Positions 33,498 through 42,300 of a stretch of DNA of 64,000 nt are shown here, one piece after another. The DNA is from an uncultured Anaerolineaceae bacterium (GTDB taxonomy: Bacteria > Chloroflexota > Anaerolineae > Anaerolineales > UBA11579). Both the position numbers and the translations under genes were made by a program. A model generated the notes under the pieces. The model did no database searches. It saw only the letters and a program-made list of their open reading frames with translations, and had not been told where the DNA came from. Positions within the stretch are counted from its first letter, which is position 1. Each line of letters begins with the position of its first letter. The stretch covers positions 126,081 through 190,080 of the forward strand of contig CAZUTS010000002.1 of the NCBI GenBank assembly GCA_964623375.1, in the 5' to 3' direction.

Positions 33498-33557
33498 TTC
33501 TCCGTGTTGGTTTTACTAAGTGCTGATTTACTTCTGTTCTTTGTGGTGAAACTCACA

Positions 33558-34154
33558 CTACGACAAAAACTCCAACAGAGCCGCCTGCTCCGTATGCGTT
33601 AGCTCGTGGCCGCCGGGGTGGGCGAAGGTGTCCACATCGGCGCCGCCGGCGCGCAGCACGGCGGCCACGTTGATGGCCTCAGCAGCGGGGATCAGTGGGT
33701 CGCGCTCGCCATAGGTCACCAAGAAGCGCTTGCTCATCAAATTGAGCTGCGGCGGGTCAAAGGGCAACATGCTGTGCAGCAGAGCCGCATTGGTGATGAC
33801 AGCAGGGTGGCGCAGCAGGGTAGCCAGAATCATGTTGGCGCCGTTGGAGTAGCCCACGAAAGTGGCCGACTTGGCGTCAGTATCATGCTCGGTGTACCAG
33901 CGAGCGAGGAAGGTGGCCAGCTTATCGGTCTCGACCTCGATGCTGGCCTGGTCGAACACGCCCATGGCCAGGCGGGCGAAGAAGCGCGGCATGCCGCCTT
34001 CGGAGATGTTGCCGCGCAGGCCCACGATGTTGTAGCTCTCGCTGACCGGCTCCACCAGCGGGATAAGGTCGTGCTCATCGCCGCCGGTGCCGTGCAGCAG
34101 GAACAGCGTACGCGCCTGGCCGCGGTCCTGGTGAGTGTAGATGAACTCGCTCAT
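33558..34154 (-). CDS. Phospholipase/carboxylesterase family alpha/beta hydrolase (MhqD-like)
   Basis: 198 aa. 'LFLLHGTGGDEHDL', nucleophile elbow 'VGYSNGANM', C-terminal 'GGHELT'. Confidence 0.8.
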   Translation of the reverse strand: MSEFIYTHQDRGQARTLFLLHGTGGDEHDLIPLVEPVSESYNIVGLRGNISEGGMPRFFARLAMGVFDQASIEVETDKLATFLARWYTEHDTDAKSATFVGYSNGANMILATLLRHPAVITNAALLHSMLPFDPPQLNLMSKRFLVTYGERDPLIPAAEAINVAAVLRAGGADVDTFAHPGGHELTHTEQAALLEFLS

Positions 34155-34166
34155 GCTGGCGATGCG

Positions 34167-35117
34167 CTAAGGCAACGGGCGCACGGTGACGGGGGCCAGG
34201 CCGGCTTCGATCTGTGCACGATGTTCTTCGAGGAAGGGCGGCAGCGAGAGTGCTTCGCCTAACGTTGCCAAATCTTCGTCAGCCGTGAAGCCCGGCCCCA
34301 TCGTGGCCAGTTCGAACAGGATGCCGGCGGGCGTGCGGAAATAGATGGACTTGAAATAGAAGCGGTCGATCATCTTGGTGGGGTGCAGTCCCATGCCAGC
34401 GATGCTCTGGCGCACAGCCTGCTGGGCGGCCTCATCGGACACCGAGAAAGCGATGTGGTGCACGGTACCAGAGGCGTTGAAGCCGGCCGGTTTGCTGGGG
34501 TCTTCTTCGAGCTCCACGAATTCGGCGCGTTGCAGGCCGGGCAGATGGTAGCGGGTCAGGTTGCCTTCGCTGCTCTCGACCGCGTAGCCGAAGGCGGCCA
34601 GGATGGGCTCCACAAGTTGCTTGTCGTGTACGCTGAGCAGGGCGGAGTGGAACTGGCGGATGGCGTGCTCGGCGTTGATGTCTGGTGTGGTCCACAAGTC
34701 TTTGTCGTCAAAGTTGGCGGGATCCACTTCCACCAGCTCGAGGCGCTGGTCGTCGTAATCGTAGAAGACGATGCGCTGCCAGCCGAGCTGGGTGATGATG
34801 CCCTCGTGCTTGACGCCCAGCGTGTCGAAGCGCTCCTTCCAGAACGGCAGCGCGCCCGTGGGCACGGCCAGGCTGATGTTGGTGACCAATCCGTTGCCGC
34901 GGCTGCCGGGGGAGGCCGGCAGGAATGTGAAGAAGGTGAGGTCCATGCCGGGGCCACCCTCGCGGTCACCGAAGAACAGGTGATAGGCGCTGACATCGTC
35001 TTGATTGACGGTCTTCTTAACCAGGCGCAGGCCGAGGATTTGCGTATAGAAATCGACCAGGCGCTGCGGGTCAGAGCCGATGGCGGTGATGTGGTGAATA
35101 CCGAGGGTCGGGGTCAT
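34167..35117 (-). CDS. Ring-cleaving dioxygenase, VOC/glyoxalase superfamily (MhqA/E/O-like)
   Basis: 316 aa. Two VOC repeats: 'GIHHITAIGSDPQRLVDFYTQILGLRLVKKTVN' and 'GTVHHIAFSV...YFRTPAGILFELAT'. Confidence 0.8.
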   Translation of the reverse strand: MTPTLGIHHITAIGSDPQRLVDFYTQILGLRLVKKTVNQDDVSAYHLFFGDREGGPGMDLTFFTFLPASPGSRGNGLVTNISLAVPTGALPFWKERFDTLGVKHEGIITQLGWQRIVFYDYDDQRLELVEVDPANFDDKDLWTTPDINAEHAIRQFHSALLSVHDKQLVEPILAAFGYAVESSEGNLTRYHLPGLQRAEFVELEEDPSKPAGFNASGTVHHIAFSVSDEAAQQAVRQSIAGMGLHPTKMIDRFYFKSIYFRTPAGILFELATMGPGFTADEDLATLGEALSLPPFLEEHRAQIEAGLAPVTVRPLP

Positions 35118-35294
35118 GGGTACTCGCTTTCGTGTGCGGAATACTGACTAGATGGGTGCTGCGGGCGTGCTCTTACATCAGAGCTATGGTAGCAGATAGC
35201 GGTTGGCTACTAGCTATTAGCTTTCGGTATTCAGTGGTCAGCGTTAGCTTTTACAGCCGTAGGCTATAAGCCATAAGCGGTAAGCAAATTCGGT

Positions 35295-35432
35295 CTGTCA
35301 TTGCGAGCCGGCGAAGCAATCTCCAAGCCGATACTGGGATTGCTTCGTCCGTTTGCCGCACAGCGGCAATACTCCTCGCAATGACAAGTTGCCTGTACCT
35401 GTGTCATTCCGAGCGCAGCGAGGAATCCGTGC
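35295..35432. repeat. Cluster of a family-A composite (unit + inverted unit) and a family-B unit
   Basis: ctgtcattgcgagccggcgaagcaatctcc ... gggattgcttcgtccgtttgccgcacagcggcaatactcctcgcaatgacaag ... gtgtcattccgagcgcagcgaggaatccgtgc. Confidence 0.85.
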
Positions 35433-35530
35433 AAGGCTGATTTGTTTTACTCCAAATATGGGGTAAGACAATCCTCGCTATGAAGGATTATTGTTGCTGC
35501 AACCAGTTGCTGACTGCTGACTGCTGATTG

Positions 35531-36190
35531 CTAAAAAGTGACGCCCTCAAGCTTGAGCAAACTCAACTTGCGGGCATCGCGCATCTTGCCGCCGTAGCCG
35601 CCCAGCGTACCGTCGGAGGCCACTACACGATGGCAGGGCACCACAATGGGGATGGGGTTATGGCGCAAGGCTTGACCGACGGCGCGCACGGCCTTGGGGT
35701 TGCCGATACTGTTGGCAATTTGCATGTAGGTGCGCACTTGGCCGCGCGGCACGCGGCGCGTCTCTTGCAGCACGCGCTGCTGGAACGGTGTGAGATGACT
35801 GAGGTCTACGGGCAGGTCCACTGCTTGTGAATCGCCAAGCAGGTACAGGCGCACCTGCTCCGCGGCAGCGGCCACCGGCTCGGCAGAGCGAATGGCGGTG
35901 CCGCCCAGCTTGTGCAAGTAAGCGCGCAGGCTGTCCTCGCTGCTCTCGTACTCGATGGCCAGTAAGCCGTGCTCGCCGACGGCGATCCACAGCGGGCCGA
36001 GCGGCGTGTCTTGCACCAGGTCGTAGAACATGGGTGTGCCAGCCTGGGCGGCCAGCGTTTGGCGTACGGCGGCCTGCGCCTGTTTGATGGTAGCCGCACT
36101 TGGCCCGGTGGCATAGGCCGCGTCAAGGGCGTGTTCCAGAGAGGTGCTGGCAGGGGCGTTGTACTCTAGCCAGTTATTGTCTTTAGCCAT
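35531..36190 (-). CDS. ogt: Methylated-DNA--protein-cysteine methyltransferase (Ogt/Ada C-domain) with an extended N-terminus
   Basis: ATG 36190 (8-nt overlap with the sigma gene stop). 'PCHRVV' active site, 'TPFQQRVLQETRRVPRGQVRTY'. Confidence 0.85.
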   Translation of the reverse strand: MAKDNNWLEYNAPASTSLEHALDAAYATGPSAATIKQAQAAVRQTLAAQAGTPMFYDLVQDTPLGPLWIAVGEHGLLAIEYESSEDSLRAYLHKLGGTAIRSAEPVAAAAEQVRLYLLGDSQAVDLPVDLSHLTPFQQRVLQETRRVPRGQVRTYMQIANSIGNPKAVRAVGQALRHNPIPIVVPCHRVVASDGTLGGYGGKMRDARKLSLLKLEGVTF

Positions 36191-36698
36191 AATCTTCCTC
36201 GCTAAATTGTGCGCGCAGCTTCTTGAGCGCCTGGTAGACGTGGGCGCGGGCGGCCTGCTCGCTGCAGCCCAGCGCCGCGGCCACTTCGGCATACTCCAGA
36301 CCCTGATACTTGCGCAGCAGCAGAGCGGCTTGCTGCTGGCGCGGTAAGCGGCCCACAGCGGCTTTCACCGCCTCGGCGTTCAGGCGCTGCAACACCTGGG
36401 TTTCGACGCGCGCTTCGCCGGGGGCGTGCTCTTCGTGCAGCTCGGCCTGGCGGCCGGCTTGGCGCCCGTTGCGCTGCTGGCGGGTGCGCGCCGCATTGGT
36501 GGCAATTTTGTACAGCCAGGCGCGCAGGTTATCTGGCTCGGTGCGCGGGTAGGCCTTGTAGGCGCGCAAGTAACTATCCTGCAGGCAGTCTTCCGCCTCG
36601 GCCTCGTCGCCCAGCAGGCGCCACAGGTAGCCGAACAGTTCACCGCCGTAGGCATCTACTAAGGTTTCAAAGTCAGGTTTGGTGGCCACCAGCATCAC
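36183..36698 (-). CDS. ECF-type RNA polymerase sigma-70 family factor
   Basis: 171 aa. Region 2 'AEDCLQDSYLRAYKAY', region 4 'LLRKYQGLEYAEVAAALGCSEQAARAHVYQALKKLR'. Confidence 0.85.
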   Translation of the reverse strand: MMLVATKPDFETLVDAYGGELFGYLWRLLGDEAEAEDCLQDSYLRAYKAYPRTEPDNLRAWLYKIATNAARTRQQRNGRQAGRQAELHEEHAPGEARVETQVLQRLNAEAVKAAVGRLPRQQQAALLLRKYQGLEYAEVAAALGCSEQAARAHVYQALKKLRAQFSEEDYG

Positions 36699-36781
36699 TC
36701 TCTATAACCATCATAGCGGGGAAATGTGAAACAGTTGACAGCTTACAGTCGACAGCTAACAGCCAAAAAACTCCTTATGTA

Positions 36782-36822
36782 CTGTCATTCCGAGCCTGAG
36801 CGAAGCGAATGGCGAGGAATTT
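36782..36822. repeat. Family-B element
   Basis: ctgtcattccgagcctgagcgaagcgaatggcgaggaattt. Confidence 0.7.
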
Positions 36823-36932
36823 ACAAGAGGCGGTGTTTGTTTCAGGATGTATCTGCCTGCAGCAGCCTAAAGCTTACAGCTTAAGGCTTAGAGCTGATTG
36901 CTGACCGCTGATGGCTGAACGCTGCTCCCCGC

Positions 36933-36938
36933 TATAAT
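36933..36938 (+). promoter_or_regulatory. -10 box TATAAT 6 nt upstream of ATG 36945; leaderless-type
   Basis: ccgcTATAATtcgcccATG. Confidence 0.45.
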
Positions 36939-36944
36939 TCGCCC

Positions 36945-38513
36945 ATGACCCGCCGCTACCTCACCTTCGCCGTATTTGCCTCTGGGCTCACCACCCTGGG
37001 TGTGGAGCTGACTGCCTCACGCTTGCTCGGTAACGTGTTTGGCACCAGCAACCTGGTGTGGGCCAGCATCATTGGCCTCATCCTTATTTATCTAACGCTC
37101 GGCTACTTCATCGGTGGCCGTTGGGCCGATCGCTCGCCGCACTTTGAGACCTTCTATAAGATCCAGCTGTGGGCGGGCTTCACCGCCGGCATCGTGCCGC
37201 TGGTGGCGCGCCCGGTGCTGCGCGCCGCCGCGGATGCCTTCGATCAGCTGCAGGTCGGCGTGCTGGCTGGCTCACTGGTGTCTGTGCTGATCCTGTTTAT
37301 CGTGCCCATCACGCTGATGGGCACGGCGTCTCCCTTCGCAATTCGCCTTGCCATCACAGACCAGAAAGAAGCTGGGCAGACCTCTGGCCGTATCTACGCC
37401 TTCTCCACGCTGGGCTCAGTCATCGGCACCTTTTTGCCAGTGCTGGTTCTCATTCCCGTATTCGGCAGCACGGCCACTATCCTCATCTTTAGCTTCGTAC
37501 TGATGGCAGTCGGCCTGGTGGGGCTGGGGCTTTCGGTCAGCTGGCGCACCGCCGCCCGCTGGCTGGCGCTGCCAGCCGTGCTGGCTGTGCTGGCGGCGGT
37601 GTGGGCGCAGGGCAACCTCAAAGCCACCACCGGCCAGATCTACGAAGACGAGACGGCGTACAACTACATCCAGGTGCTCGAGTTCAACGGTGTGCGTTAC
37701 CTGCGCCTGAACGAGGGCCAGGGTGTGCATTCCATCTATCATCCCGAGGTGCTTGATTTCCATGGGCCGTGGGAGCAGTTCCTGGTTGGCCCGTTCTTCA
37801 ACCCTGACTACGCGCCCGAAGATATCTCCGCCATAGCCATCATCGGACTGGCGGCAGGCACCAGCGCCCGCGGCGCCACGGCCGTGCTGGGCGAGGGTGT
37901 ACCGATGGATGGCTACGAGATCGATCCTGACATCATCGCCGTGGGGCGCGAATACTTTGGCATGACCATGCCTAATCTCAACGCCGTGGCCGTAGACGGC
38001 CGCTGGGGGCTGGAGCACAGCGAGCGAATATACTCACTGATCGAGATTGATGCCTATCGCCCGCCCTACATTCCGCCGCATCTCACCACGGTAGAGTTCT
38101 TCACCCTGTGTCGTGAACGACTGACCGAAGACGGTGTGCTGGCTATCAATGTCGGCCGTGCTCCCAATGACCGCCGCCTCATTGAAGCTCTGGTAGCCAC
38201 GCTCTCAGAAGTTTTTCCCAGCGTGCACGTGATGGATATTCCTGATACGTTCAATTCGCTGGTTTACGCTACCGTGCAGCCCACCAGCTTTGCGAACCTG
38301 GAATCCAATTTTGCGGCTTTGGCAAAATTGGATTCCCCCGAAGGGGGTACTCATCCACTGCTGCTGGCTGCCATGCAGCGCACGCTGGAGCATCGCCGTG
38401 AGACACCCAGCGGCGGCCAGGTGCTCACTGATGACCGCTCGCCCATCGAGTGGATCATCAACAGCATGGTGCTGCGCTTTGTCCTCTCCGGTGAAGTCGA
38501 GAGCCTGCAATGA
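36945..38513 (+). CDS. Membrane-fused spermidine/spermine synthase-like protein
   Basis: 522 aa. About 7 N-terminal TM segments, then the aminopropyltransferase-like 'YNYIQVLE...LRLNEGQGVHS...IIGLAAGT...YEIDP'. Confidence 0.65.
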   Translation: MTRRYLTFAVFASGLTTLGVELTASRLLGNVFGTSNLVWASIIGLILIYLTLGYFIGGRWADRSPHFETFYKIQLWAGFTAGIVPLVARPVLRAAADAFDQLQVGVLAGSLVSVLILFIVPITLMGTASPFAIRLAITDQKEAGQTSGRIYAFSTLGSVIGTFLPVLVLIPVFGSTATILIFSFVLMAVGLVGLGLSVSWRTAARWLALPAVLAVLAAVWAQGNLKATTGQIYEDETAYNYIQVLEFNGVRYLRLNEGQGVHSIYHPEVLDFHGPWEQFLVGPFFNPDYAPEDISAIAIIGLAAGTSARGATAVLGEGVPMDGYEIDPDIIAVGREYFGMTMPNLNAVAVDGRWGLEHSERIYSLIEIDAYRPPYIPPHLTTVEFFTLCRERLTEDGVLAINVGRAPNDRRLIEALVATLSEVFPSVHVMDIPDTFNSLVYATVQPTSFANLESNFAALAKLDSPEGGTHPLLLAAMQRTLEHRRETPSGGQVLTDDRSPIEWIINSMVLRFVLSGEVESLQ

Positions 38514-39175
38514 AGCAACTCATTCGCATCCCGGTCCCGATTCTGGTGCCGCTGGCGATCGTGCTGACTGCCACGCGCCTCTTGCTCACTCCGCTATTCG
38601 TCAACATCGAATATCACATGCCCGGCTTCCCCGAGGATAGCTATGGCATGACGCAGGCCGAGCGCCTGCAGTATGCGCCGCTGGCGCTGGACTACTTGAT
38701 GAACGATGAGGACATCAGCTTCCTGGGTGACCAGACCTTTGAAGACGGCACACCGCTGTATAACGAACGAGAGCTCAGCCACATGTACGATGTGAAAGTG
38801 CTCACCCAGCAAGCGCTCAAGGTTTGGGTGGGTGTGCTGCTGGCGCTGGCCGCGCTAGGCGTCCTCGCCTGGCGTCAGGGCTTGGTGGCCGAGTTTCGCG
38901 CCGCGCTGGGGCAGGGTGGTGCCTTTACCGTGGGCCTGATCCTGGCGCTGCTCGTGCTGATCGCCCTGAGCTTTGACTGGCTCTTTACTGAATTTCATGG
39001 CGTCTTCTTTGAAGGCGATACCTGGCTGTTCCTGTTCTCAGATACGCTCATTCGTCTGTTTCCGATGCGCTTCTGGCAAGATGTGTTCTTTGCGCTGGGT
39101 GGTCTTTCGTTGCTGGGTGGGTTGGGGTTGTGGAGAGGGTTGCGTCCACAGCTGAAGAAAAATAAACACAGATAA
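38510..39175 (+). CDS. TIGR01906/DUF1461 family integral membrane protein (Lit-like)
   Basis: 221 aa. 4-nt overlap with the upstream gene. 'FTEFHGVFFEGDTWLFLFSDTLIRLFPMRFWQD' matches my recollection of the DUF1461 core. Confidence 0.45.
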   Translation: MKQLIRIPVPILVPLAIVLTATRLLLTPLFVNIEYHMPGFPEDSYGMTQAERLQYAPLALDYLMNDEDISFLGDQTFEDGTPLYNERELSHMYDVKVLTQQALKVWVGVLLALAALGVLAWRQGLVAEFRAALGQGGAFTVGLILALLVLIALSFDWLFTEFHGVFFEGDTWLFLFSDTLIRLFPMRFWQDVFFALGGLSLLGGLGLWRGLRPQLKKNKHR

Positions 39176-39196
39176 AATCAAAACTAACCAAAGACA

Positions 39197-39240
39197 CAAA
39201 GGGCACAAAGAAAAACATAAGCATTTCTTTGTGCCCTTTG
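39197..39240. terminator. Bidirectional terminator-like hairpin built from the 'CACAAAG' element
   Basis: caaagggcacaaagaaa-(10 nt)-tttctttgtgccctttg, a perfect 17-bp stem between convergent genes. Confidence 0.6.
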
Positions 39241-39259
39241 TTGTTAAACTTTTTAAGTT

Positions 39260-39763
39260 CTAAATCACAAAATACTCAGACAGCACCATGCCAAGTAGAG
39301 AGAGTGTCATCAGTATCGTTGCGATGGCGCTGTTGCGCGCCATCCCTTCCTGCAGCGCGGCTATGCGTGCTTGTAATTCGGGTTTTGGGCCATCCGCCAT
39401 CTCGGCGGCAGTGGCCTGGATCTGCTTAACATAGCGCCCCGTGCGCCCGCCGACATAGCCCGCCAGAATACCGAGCAAGCCGCCCAGCGTCAAAGCTAGC
39501 CCTGTGCCGGTGTTGAGCGGCGCAAGGCCGTGAAAGAGCAGCCCGTACAACAGCAAGCCAGACAGCAGGGTGAGCCCGCCGGCCATGCCCAGCCGCTTGG
39601 ACATTTTGCCCTTCTCGGCCATGATGCGCATAAAAGTTTGGCCATCCGCGCCCAGTGCGTGCACGGTGGGGGTAACAAAGAGCGCCATGGTGTAGCTGGC
39701 GCCGACCCACAGCACGCCGGCAAAGATATGGATGATGCGTAGGATGATTAATGCCCAGGCCAT
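39260..39763 (-). CDS. Hypothetical 4-TM membrane protein
   Basis: 167 aa. GAGGAG RBS. No motif recognised. Confidence 0.55.
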   Translation of the reverse strand: MAWALIILRIIHIFAGVLWVGASYTMALFVTPTVHALGADGQTFMRIMAEKGKMSKRLGMAGGLTLLSGLLLYGLLFHGLAPLNTGTGLALTLGGLLGILAGYVGGRTGRYVKQIQATAAEMADGPKPELQARIAALQEGMARNSAIATILMTLSLLGMVLSEYFVI

Positions 39764-39784
39764 CGCTCTCTCCTCTTTAGCTAG

Positions 39785-40996
39785 TTACGCGCCGAACTTT
39801 TCCAGGCGGCCGGCGTGCGCTAGCGCCAGTGCCATCAGCTCGGTGGCCGGAATGGTGCCTAGGCCGCCGTGCGTGCAGGCGCGCTCGCCGAAGCGAGTCT
39901 GCTCATCAGGCAGGTCGCGTTCCGGTGCCCAGAACAGCAAAGGCACCGGGTGCCAGGAGTGGCTGCGCATCTTCACCGGTGTGCTATGGTCACCGGTGAC
40001 CATGAGCACATCCGGTTTCAGCGCCAGTAGTTGTGGCAGCGCCTGGTCTACACTCTCGATCACCTTGACCTTGCCGTCAAAGTTGCCATCCTCACCCATG
40101 CTGTCGGTCTTCTTGATGTGGATGAACAGGAAGTCGTACTCATCCCACACCTTGGCGGCCGCGGCGAACTCATCGGCGGGGGTTTCGCCATCGAACAGGA
40201 TGGTCTGCATGCCCACCAGTTTCGAAACGCCGCGGTACATCGGATATACGGCCACGCAGGCAGCTTTGAGGCCATAGGCATCCTGGTAGCTGGGTAGCTG
40301 CGGGTCGCCACCGAAGCCGCGCAGGGTCATGCCGTTGGCCTTGGGCTGTGCTGCCAGCACCTTGTGCGCCTCAGCGATCCATTGGTTGAACAGCTCGGCC
40401 GTTTTGGCGGAGCGGTCATCGCGCGCCACGGCGGGCAGCGGCTTCACGCCGGTGGCCTGCGGGTCGGTATCATCGATCTCGCCGTGCAAATCTTCACCGT
40501 GCATCACCAAGGCAAAGCGATATTCCTTGACGTGGCGCACGTCCATGCGCACGCCGGGAATCTGGATCTTTTGCAGCTGCTCTACGATGGGGGCGGCCTC
40601 CTCGGAGGCGATACGCCCGGCGCGCCGGTCACTGATGTTGCCGTCCGCATCCAGCGTGCAGAAGTTGCCACGCGCGGCGATAGCGCCGGTGGGGACATCC
40701 AGCCCCACGCCCAGCGACTCCATCACGCCGCGGCCCACGGGGTAGTACAGCGGGTCGTAGCCGAACAGGGCCAGATGCGCCGGGCCGGAGCCGGGGGTGA
40801 TGCCGTGGCGCACCGGGATGGTGCGGCCCAGCGTGCCCTCGGCGGCCAGGCGGTCCAGGTTGGGGGTCTGCGCTGCCTCTAGCGTGGTCGGGCCGCCGGG
40901 TACTAACGGCAGGCCGCCAAGGCCATCCAGCACTAGCAGCACGATCTTGCTGTTGGATCCTTTGATCAGTAAGTCAGGCACGTAGTCATAGGGCAT
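39785..40996 (-). CDS. apgM: Cofactor-independent phosphoglycerate mutase, archaeal-type (ApgM, alkaline-phosphatase superfamily)
   Basis: 403 aa. 'VLLVLDGLGG', 'FLFIHIKKTDSMGEDG', 'LMVTGDHSTP'. Confidence 0.75.
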   Translation of the reverse strand: MPYDYVPDLLIKGSNSKIVLLVLDGLGGLPLVPGGPTTLEAAQTPNLDRLAAEGTLGRTIPVRHGITPGSGPAHLALFGYDPLYYPVGRGVMESLGVGLDVPTGAIAARGNFCTLDADGNISDRRAGRIASEEAAPIVEQLQKIQIPGVRMDVRHVKEYRFALVMHGEDLHGEIDDTDPQATGVKPLPAVARDDRSAKTAELFNQWIAEAHKVLAAQPKANGMTLRGFGGDPQLPSYQDAYGLKAACVAVYPMYRGVSKLVGMQTILFDGETPADEFAAAAKVWDEYDFLFIHIKKTDSMGEDGNFDGKVKVIESVDQALPQLLALKPDVLMVTGDHSTPVKMRSHSWHPVPLLFWAPERDLPDEQTRFGERACTHGGLGTIPATELMALALAHAGRLEKFGA

Positions 40997-41009
40997 GGGG
41001 AAGTCCTTT

Positions 41010-41057
41010 ACAAAACAAAAACGGTGTAAGGTGCCTATTCGGACACCTTACACCGTT
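41010..41057 (-). terminator. Rho-independent terminator (minus strand)
   Basis: aacggtgtaaggtg-(10 nt)-caccttacaccgtt, followed on the minus strand by tttttgttttg. Confidence 0.8.
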
Positions 41058-41076
41058 ATATATCACAAAGCGACCA

Positions 41077-42174
41077 CTAGCGGATGGCCTGCTCGCTGTC
41101 CTTATCAAACAGGTGCAGGTTGCTGGTGTTGAACACCACCTGGGCCTTGTCACCCACCTTGTATTCCGAGCGGGGATCGACACGCGCCACAAAGTCAGCA
41201 TTGCCAGCCTTGAGGTAGGCCACGATCTCGTTACCCATCAGCTCAACGATATCCACCTTGGCTTCCACCTTGGCCGGGGTGATGTCCGCCGGGGTGAACT
41301 TGCTGTTGTGGATGTCTTCGGGGCGAATGCCCAGGGTCACTGCTTTGCCCGCATAGGCCTCGGCGGCTTTGTTGTCCTTGGGTACGTCCACCTGGAAGCT
41401 GCCTGCATCGGCCACCAGCTTGCTGCCGTCTTTCACCAGCTTGGCGTCGAAGAAGTTCATCGCCGGGGAGCCAATGAAGCCCGCAACAAACTTGTTGGCG
41501 GGGCGCTCGTACAGGTTGTGGGGAGTATCGATCTGCTGCAGCACACCGTGGTTCATCACGGCGATGCGCGTGGCCATGGTCATGGCCTCCACCTGGTCAT
41601 GCGTTACATAAATGAAGGTGGTCTTGAGGTCCTGGTGCAGCTTGCTGATCTGGGCGCGCGTTTGCACGCGCAGCTTGGCATCCAGGTTCGAGAGCGGCTC
41701 GTCCAGCAGGAAGACGTTGGGCTCGCGCACGATGGCGCGGCCTACAGCCACACGCTGGCGCTGGCCGCCGGAGAGCTGGCGCGGCTTGCGCTGCAACAGC
41801 TCCTCAATGCCCAGGATGGCGGCGGCATTGTCCACGCGGCGCTTGATCTCAGCCTTGTCCATCTTACGGAGGCGCAGACCAAAGGCCATGTTCTCAAAGA
41901 CCGACATGTGCGGATACAGCGCATAAGATTGGAACACCATGGCAATATCGCGGTCTTTGGGCGCCAAGTCATTGACAACACGGTCACCAATGCGGATCTC
42001 GCCGCCACTGATCTCCTCCAAGCCTGCCAAAAGGCGCAGGGCGGTGGATTTACCGCAGCCCGAAGGGCCTACCAAAACAAGAAATTCTTTGTCCTCTACG
42101 TGAATATTCAAGTCGTTTACGGCGAGGACGTCTCCGAAACGCTTTGTGACATGGTCATACGTTACGCTGGCCAT
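41077..42174 (-). CDS. Sugar ABC transporter ATP-binding protein (MalK/UgpC/MsmX-like, orphan)
   Basis: ATG 42174 with GGAGG 8 nt upstream. 'GPSGCGKST', 'LSGGQRQRVAVGRAI', 'FLLDEPLSNLD', C-terminal TOBE-like domain. Confidence 0.9.
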   Translation of the reverse strand: MASVTYDHVTKRFGDVLAVNDLNIHVEDKEFLVLVGPSGCGKSTALRLLAGLEEISGGEIRIGDRVVNDLAPKDRDIAMVFQSYALYPHMSVFENMAFGLRLRKMDKAEIKRRVDNAAAILGIEELLQRKPRQLSGGQRQRVAVGRAIVREPNVFLLDEPLSNLDAKLRVQTRAQISKLHQDLKTTFIYVTHDQVEAMTMATRIAVMNHGVLQQIDTPHNLYERPANKFVAGFIGSPAMNFFDAKLVKDGSKLVADAGSFQVDVPKDNKAAEAYAGKAVTLGIRPEDIHNSKFTPADITPAKVEAKVDIVELMGNEIVAYLKAGNADFVARVDPRSEYKVGDKAQVVFNTSNLHLFDKDSEQAIR

Positions 42175-42287
42175 AGTCTGAACCTCCAATTCTCAAAAGT
42201 ATAGTGATTAGATTATAAGACCAATCCCTAATCCCAATAAATCGATTAATCGATTGGCTTTGATTATTGGATTGCCCTTTTGACGGT

Positions 42288-42293
42288 TAGAAT
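42288..42293 (+). promoter_or_regulatory. -10 box TAGAAT 7 nt upstream of mutS ATG 42301; leaderless-type
   Basis: ggtTAGAATttcgcccATG. Confidence 0.4.
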
Positions 42294-42300
42294 TTCGCCC

